Shown here piece after piece: positions 59,580 to 64,000 of a DNA stretch of 64,000 bases. The notes below the pieces were generated by a model. That model was not told where the DNA came from. It did no database searches and was given only the letters and a program-made list of their open reading frames with translations. The stretch's first letter is position 1. The number at the start of each line of letters is the position of its first letter. This DNA comes from Longimicrobiales bacterium (GTDB taxonomy: Bacteria > Gemmatimonadota > Gemmatimonadetes > Longimicrobiales > Gaopeijiaceae), in NCBI GenBank assembly GCA_965219445.1, contig CBDCNQ010000002.1, forward strand, positions 32,001 to 96,000, read 5' to 3'. The translations under genes were made by a program, and so were the position numbers.

Positions 59580-60050
59580 ATGAAGTCTCGGGGCACGTTG
59601 AAGAAATCGAGTGGCGTCGCTGAAAGCGCGACCAGGCGGATCGATCGAACCCGGGCGAGGGCGTGGGGGCTCCAGATCCACTACCAGTGGGACGTGGGGG
59701 AGCGGGAAGGTACCTTCGCGCAAGCACTTGAGGAAGCTGGGGCCATGCGGAGGATTGCAGAGTCACGCATGCCCTATCTGCGCAGCCTCGCGGCCGCGCT
59801 GGACGCTCGCGGAGATGAGTTGGATCAACTGCTGGGGGTCGCCCTTGACAATTGGCGCATGGAGCGCCTGGCTCTGCTCGACCGCGGAATTCTCAGGATC
59901 GCCGCTGCCGAGTTGATCTGTTTCGATGAAATTCCCCCCAAGGTTTCGATTCAAGAAGCCGTGCGGTTGGCCGAACGGTATAGTGGGCCCGAGTCTCCCC
60001 GATTCGTAAACGGCGTCCTGGACGCGCTTTACAAGCGCGTGATCGGTTGA
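59580..60050 (+). CDS. nusB: Transcription antitermination factor NusB
   Basis: NWRMERL..DRGILR, EAVRLA..Y, FVNGVLD; follows ribH. Confidence 0.93.
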   Translation: MKSRGTLKKSSGVAESATRRIDRTRARAWGLQIHYQWDVGEREGTFAQALEEAGAMRRIAESRMPYLRSLAAALDARGDELDQLLGVALDNWRMERLALLDRGILRIAAAELICFDEIPPKVSIQEAVRLAERYSGPESPRFVNGVLDALYKRVIG

Positions 60051-60066
60051 TCCCGGCGTCCGGCGA

Positions 60067-61179
60067 GTGAAGATCCTCGTTCTCAACTGGCTCGATCCGG
60101 AAAACCCACAGGCCGGGGGAGCAGAAGTTCATTTCCACGAGATTTTCCGCCGCCTCGTGGCGTGGGGACATTCGGTCACGCTCTTGTGCTCGGCATGGCC
60201 GGGTTGTGAGCGTCGTACTGTACTCGATGGGATCGAAGTCCATCGAGTCGGCAGCCGGTACACGCTCTCTCTGGTCGCCCCGGTTTACTTCAGACGCCGA
60301 CTCCGAATCGAGCGCTTCGACGTCGTGGTGGAGGACCTGAACAAGGTGCCTTTTTTTTCGCCCTTTTGGGGGGTAGGTGCGCCCGTGGCGCTGATCGTCC
60401 ACCACCTCTTCGGAACGGCCGCATTTCAAGAAGCGTCCCTCCCGGTGGCGGCGGCGACCTGGTTTCTGGAGTTGCCGGTGGCCAAAGTGTTTCGATCCGT
60501 GCCGACCGTTGCCGTCTCCGAGAGTACCGCGACGGATCTCGCGCGGCGCGGAATGCCGCGTAACGGGATCGAGATTGTTCCCAACGGGGTCGATCTCGAC
60601 GTCTTGTCTCCGCTTGCTCCCGAAGAACGCTTTCCCGAGCCCACCCTCCTGTACCTGGGAAGACTCAAGCGTTACAAGCGCATCGATCTCTTGCTCCTGG
60701 CCGTGGCCTCCCTGGTGGGACACGGAACTCCGTGCCGGCTTCTCGTAGCGGGTCGTGGAGACGATCGACCCCGCTTGGAGGCCCTCCGGGAGTCCCTGGG
60801 CCTTGAGCAGCACGTCGAATTTCTGGGCTTCGTATCCGAGGTCGAGAAGGGGGAGCTCCTGGGGAAGTGTTGGATCAATCTCCTCACATCCGTGAAGGAG
60901 GGCTGGGGCATCTCGAACCTGGAGGCGGCGGCCTGTGGAACGCCGACGATCGCTAGCGATGTGCCCGGCCTACGAGATTCGGTCGTCGATGGGCGAACCG
61001 GGTTTCTCGTTCCCCACGGAGACGTGGAGATCCTCAGCCGGCGGATCGAAGAGCTCCTCGAAGACGAGGAAAAACGTGCGCGGCTGGGGCGGGGCGCCCG
61101 GGCCTTCGCTGAGGGTTTCGGTTGGGATGCTTCGGCGCGCGCCATGGAGCACTTCCTGAACGAGCGAGTAGCGTCCTGA
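60067..61179 (+). CDS. Glycosyltransferase family 4
   Basis: AGGAE, LGRLKRYKR, KEGWGISNLEAAACGTP. Confidence 0.9.
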   Translation: MKILVLNWLDPENPQAGGAEVHFHEIFRRLVAWGHSVTLLCSAWPGCERRTVLDGIEVHRVGSRYTLSLVAPVYFRRRLRIERFDVVVEDLNKVPFFSPFWGVGAPVALIVHHLFGTAAFQEASLPVAAATWFLELPVAKVFRSVPTVAVSESTATDLARRGMPRNGIEIVPNGVDLDVLSPLAPEERFPEPTLLYLGRLKRYKRIDLLLLAVASLVGHGTPCRLLVAGRGDDRPRLEALRESLGLEQHVEFLGFVSEVEKGELLGKCWINLLTSVKEGWGISNLEAAACGTPTIASDVPGLRDSVVDGRTGFLVPHGDVEILSRRIEELLEDEEKRARLGRGARAFAEGFGWDASARAMEHFLNERVAS

Positions 61180-61282
61180 AGCAGGAAACTAGTGGCCACG
61201 CCCAGTCCGAGCTAACTTTCCTTGACGCTTGGGAAGACCAACCGACCTTGAGGCGTCATGAAATCCCATGAACGGAGGCGGC

Positions 61283-61609
61283 ATGGAAGTGCGGATTACA
61301 TCACGACATACGACCCTTCCCGAGCCCCTTCGAGCCCGAACCGAAGAGCTTCTCTCCAAGCTGAATAAATATGACGGTCGCGTTTCCGTCGTCGAGGTCA
61401 TTTTTGATGAAGAAAAGAATACCAAGAAGGTCGAGGGGATCGTGCATATCGACCGGAGTGCCCCGATCGTTGCCACTGGGGAGGGTGATGAATTCAGCGA
61501 AGCGCTCAGCCAGCTGAACGGCCGCCTGGGGCGTCAGCTTCGGAAGCTTCGCGGGCAGTCGAAGGATCACCGAGCTCCACCGCTGACCGAAGCTCTCTCA
61601 CAGGAGTAG
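61283..61609 (+). CDS. hpf: Ribosome hibernation factor HPF/RaiA (short form)
   Basis: MEVRITSRH..KL.KY..RQLRK; precedes hprK; alternative start 61268. Confidence 0.8.
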   Translation: MEVRITSRHTTLPEPLRARTEELLSKLNKYDGRVSVVEVIFDEEKNTKKVEGIVHIDRSAPIVATGEGDEFSEALSQLNGRLGRQLRKLRGQSKDHRAPPLTEALSQE

Positions 61610-61616
61610 TCCCTAT

Positions 61617-62612
61617 TTGACTAGCGATGCGCCGGAGGTATCGCCGGAGTCGATCCCAGAGATCACCGTCCAGAGGTTGTTCGAGGACAGGCACGAGACG
61701 CTCCAGCTCGAAGTCTTGACCTCTGACATCGGGCTCGAGCGCCGGGTTCTGGACCCGGATCTCTCCAGCCCTGGGCTCGCGCTAGCAGGGTACACGGAGC
61801 GGTTTTCGTCCGATCGAATACAGGTATTTGGTGAGACCGAGATCACTTATCTGGAGGACCTTACTCCAGAGGAGCGGCGAGATCGGATCAAGGGCATCTT
61901 CGGTTTCGGAATTCCGGTCGCGTTCGTCACGAAGTCACTGTCGGTGCCCGAGGAACTTCTCGAGGTGGCGGCAGAGTGCTCGGTTCCGATCCTCCGCTCG
62001 GGTCTCAGCACGAAAGAATTTTACCGGCGCATCAAGCCCTATCTCGATGCGATCCTCGCTCCCCACACCAATCTTCATGGGTCCTTGGCCGACGTATACG
62101 GCGTCGGGTTGCTCTTCGTCGGCGAGAGCGGTGTCGGGAAGAGCGAGTGTGTATTGGACCTGGTTGAGCGAGGCCACCGACTCGTCGCGGATGACCACAT
62201 TATCGTCTCACGGCGAGGGCCCGACATCCTTCTGGGGCAGGGGCATCAGCTCCAAGCACACCACATGGAAATTCGGGGCCTCGGCATCATCGACATCCGC
62301 ACGCTATTCGGGATCCACGCGACGCGCCAGCAGAAGCGCATTGAAGTGATGGTCCAGCTTGAGCGTTGGGACGAAGACAAGGTCTATACGCGTACGGGGC
62401 TCGACTCGACGGAGGTCGACGTTCTCGGGATCAAGGTTCCCCGAGTGACGATTCCGCTCAATCCCGGAAAGAACATCACGGTAATCTCCGAGGTGGTGGC
62501 CATGAACCACCTTCTGAAGTATGCGGGCATCGATTCCGCAGGCGCCTTCAATCAGCGCTTGAAGGAGGCCATGCGCCCCGTGCGCGAGTACTTCGAGCAG
62601 GACTATGAGTGA
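61617..62612 (+). CDS. hprK: HPr kinase/phosphorylase
   Basis: GESGVGKSE, RGHRLVADD, HMEIRGLGII, PGKN. Confidence 0.95.
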   Translation: MTSDAPEVSPESIPEITVQRLFEDRHETLQLEVLTSDIGLERRVLDPDLSSPGLALAGYTERFSSDRIQVFGETEITYLEDLTPEERRDRIKGIFGFGIPVAFVTKSLSVPEELLEVAAECSVPILRSGLSTKEFYRRIKPYLDAILAPHTNLHGSLADVYGVGLLFVGESGVGKSECVLDLVERGHRLVADDHIIVSRRGPDILLGQGHQLQAHHMEIRGLGIIDIRTLFGIHATRQQKRIEVMVQLERWDEDKVYTRTGLDSTEVDVLGIKVPRVTIPLNPGKNITVISEVVAMNHLLKYAGIDSAGAFNQRLKEAMRPVREYFEQDYE

Positions 62613-63000
62613 GGGACAGCTGGTGAGGGGCGTTTTGCTCAGCCATGGAAAGTTGGCTGAAGGAATGCTAGACGCCGTCCGGAGGATCACGGACCTGGAC
62701 GAGGGTGTTCTCATGGCGATGAGCAACGAGGGACAGAATCCCCAGGGATTGGCCGACCAAGTGGATGCCTTGGTGGGAAATGAGCCGGTCGTCGTCTTCA
62801 CCGATCTCGGAAGTGGAAGCTGTGCGCTAACGGCGCAACTGACGTGCAGAGGCAACGGACGGCGAGCGGTGGTGTTCGGCATGAACTTGCCGATGCTTCT
62901 CGAGTTCGTATTTCACAGGGAGCTTCCCCTCTCCCAGCTGGTTCCGCGTCTCCTCAAGAAGGGCAGAGAAGGTGTCAAGACCACCGAGCCGCCCGCATAG
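62605..63000 (+). CDS. PTS mannose-family IIA component
   Basis: LLSHG phospho-His, TDLGSGS, GMNLPMLL. Confidence 0.88.
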   Translation: MSEGQLVRGVLLSHGKLAEGMLDAVRRITDLDEGVLMAMSNEGQNPQGLADQVDALVGNEPVVVFTDLGSGSCALTAQLTCRGNGRRAVVFGMNLPMLLEFVFHRELPLSQLVPRLLKKGREGVKTTEPPA

Positions 63001-63480
63001 ATGTCGGTCGTCCTGTATCGAATCGATGAGCGGCTCATCCACGGACAGGTCGTGATGGGCTGGGGGCCGCAGCTCCAGGTGGAGCACTACGTGGTCGCGG
63101 ACGACGAGTTGGCCACCAGCGAATGGGAGCAGGATCTCTACCGGCTGGGCCTTCCCGACACGGCCTCGGCGGAGTTCCTGAGCGTTGGGGAAGCGAGGGC
63201 ACGCCTCCCGAACCTCGACGCCGATCCCCGGCGGACGGTGGTTCTGACGCGTACGGTTGCCGCGATGGGCCGACTGGCCGAGCGTGATGGATTGCGTGGA
63301 CGTGAGGTCAACGTCGGCGGCCTGCATCACGCGGCCGGGCGCACCGAACGTGTTCCGTACGTGTTCCTGGGCCAGGAGGAGGAGGAGGGTCTTCAAGCCC
63401 TCGCGGATGAGGGGGTCGAGGTCTCCGCGCGGGATCTTCCTGGGAGTCGAGCGGTCGATTTAGAGGCACTCTTAGCCTGA
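63001..63480 (+). CDS. PTS mannose-family IIB component
   Basis: RIDERLIHGQV, VNVGG. Confidence 0.92.
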   Translation: MSVVLYRIDERLIHGQVVMGWGPQLQVEHYVVADDELATSEWEQDLYRLGLPDTASAEFLSVGEARARLPNLDADPRRTVVLTRTVAAMGRLAERDGLRGREVNVGGLHHAAGRTERVPYVFLGQEEEEGLQALADEGVEVSARDLPGSRAVDLEALLA

Positions 63481-63483
63481 CCC

Positions 63484-64000
63484 GTGTCCTGGTCACTTGC
63501 CTTTTTGGGTGGGCTCCTGGCTCTCGACGCGACGTCCGTCGGGCAGTTCATGGTGTCGCGTCCGCTCATCGCGAGCACGTTGACCGGCTGGTGGCTTGGA
63601 GACCCGGCGTTGGGTCTGGAGATCGGTGCGATTCTCGAGCTCTTCCATCTCGCAGGAGTTCCGGCCGGCGGGTCCCACGTTCCAGAGTCGGGACCGGCTT
63701 CGGTGGTCGCCGTGGCGGTCGCCATGTCCGCGGGGGGGGTAGCCGGTTTGGCGTTGGGCTTGGTGGCCGGACTTGCGGTCTCCGAAATCGGCGGGATGAC
63801 CGTGGGTCTGCAGCGGCACTTGGTGGCCCGTTTTCTCGGCCGCGTCGAAGCCGGGTCGATGACCGCGCCGAAGCTCACGGCTGTGCATCTCTCGTCAGTG
63901 CTTCTCGATTTCATGCGTGGAGGGGTGGTTACGGTGCTGGGGCTGATCGTGGGAGGGTGGTTGTCCGGGGTTTTCGTGTCGCGATGGCCATTGCCCTATG
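63484..64000 (+). CDS. PTS mannose-family IIC component (3'-partial; not in the ORF track)
   Basis: Hand translation from GTG 63484: SWSLAFLGGLLALDATSVGQFMVSRPLI..GDPALGLEIGAILELF. Confidence 0.85.
   Translation, partial: MSWSLAFLGGLLALDATSVGQFMVSRPLIASTLTGWWLGDPALGLEIGAILELFHLAGVPAGGSHVPESGPASVVAVAVAMSAGGVAGLALGLVAGLAVSEIGGMTVGLQRHLVARFLGRVEAGSMTAPKLTAVHLSSVLLDFMRGGVVTVLGLIVGGWLSGVFVSRWPLPY

Overview
A GC-rich bacterial chromosomal window. Gene order and protein types (argS-pfkB-purM; ribD-ribE-ribBA-ribH-nusB; hpf-hprK-mannose-type PTS; tyrA-aroA-cmk-rpsA) suggest Gemmatimonadota, but this is inference only. Housekeeping blocks occupy about 1-11.6 kb (argH, DAHP synthase, aldolase/rpiA/rpe, an Hpt-REC-hybrid kinase phosphorelay, trmH) and 33.8-64 kb (rnz, aromatic biosynthesis, rpsA, acyl-CoA carboxylase/methylmalonyl-CoA mutase, argS, purM, riboflavin genes, PTS). 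Between them is a patchier region with tRNA-Leu(TAA), an integrase remnant, broken genes, gdhA, ilvA, an OprO/P-type porin, two PQQ dehydrogenases, a heavy-metal RND efflux operon, nadA/nadC and a TonB receptor. The most notable signals not explained by the ORF track are: (1) a 22-aa Phe/Tyr/Trp leader peptide with attenuator architecture upstream of DAHP synthase; (2) a His-rich uORF ending in two RAPP arrest motifs ahead of the metal-efflux operon; (3) two diverged copies of a ~303-bp structured inverted-repeat element with compensatory base changes; (4) five apparently identical 156-bp repeats giving ribosomal protein S1 a long acidic tail; (5) tandem Pho-box-like repeats at the porin. All calls were made by eye; no searches were run.
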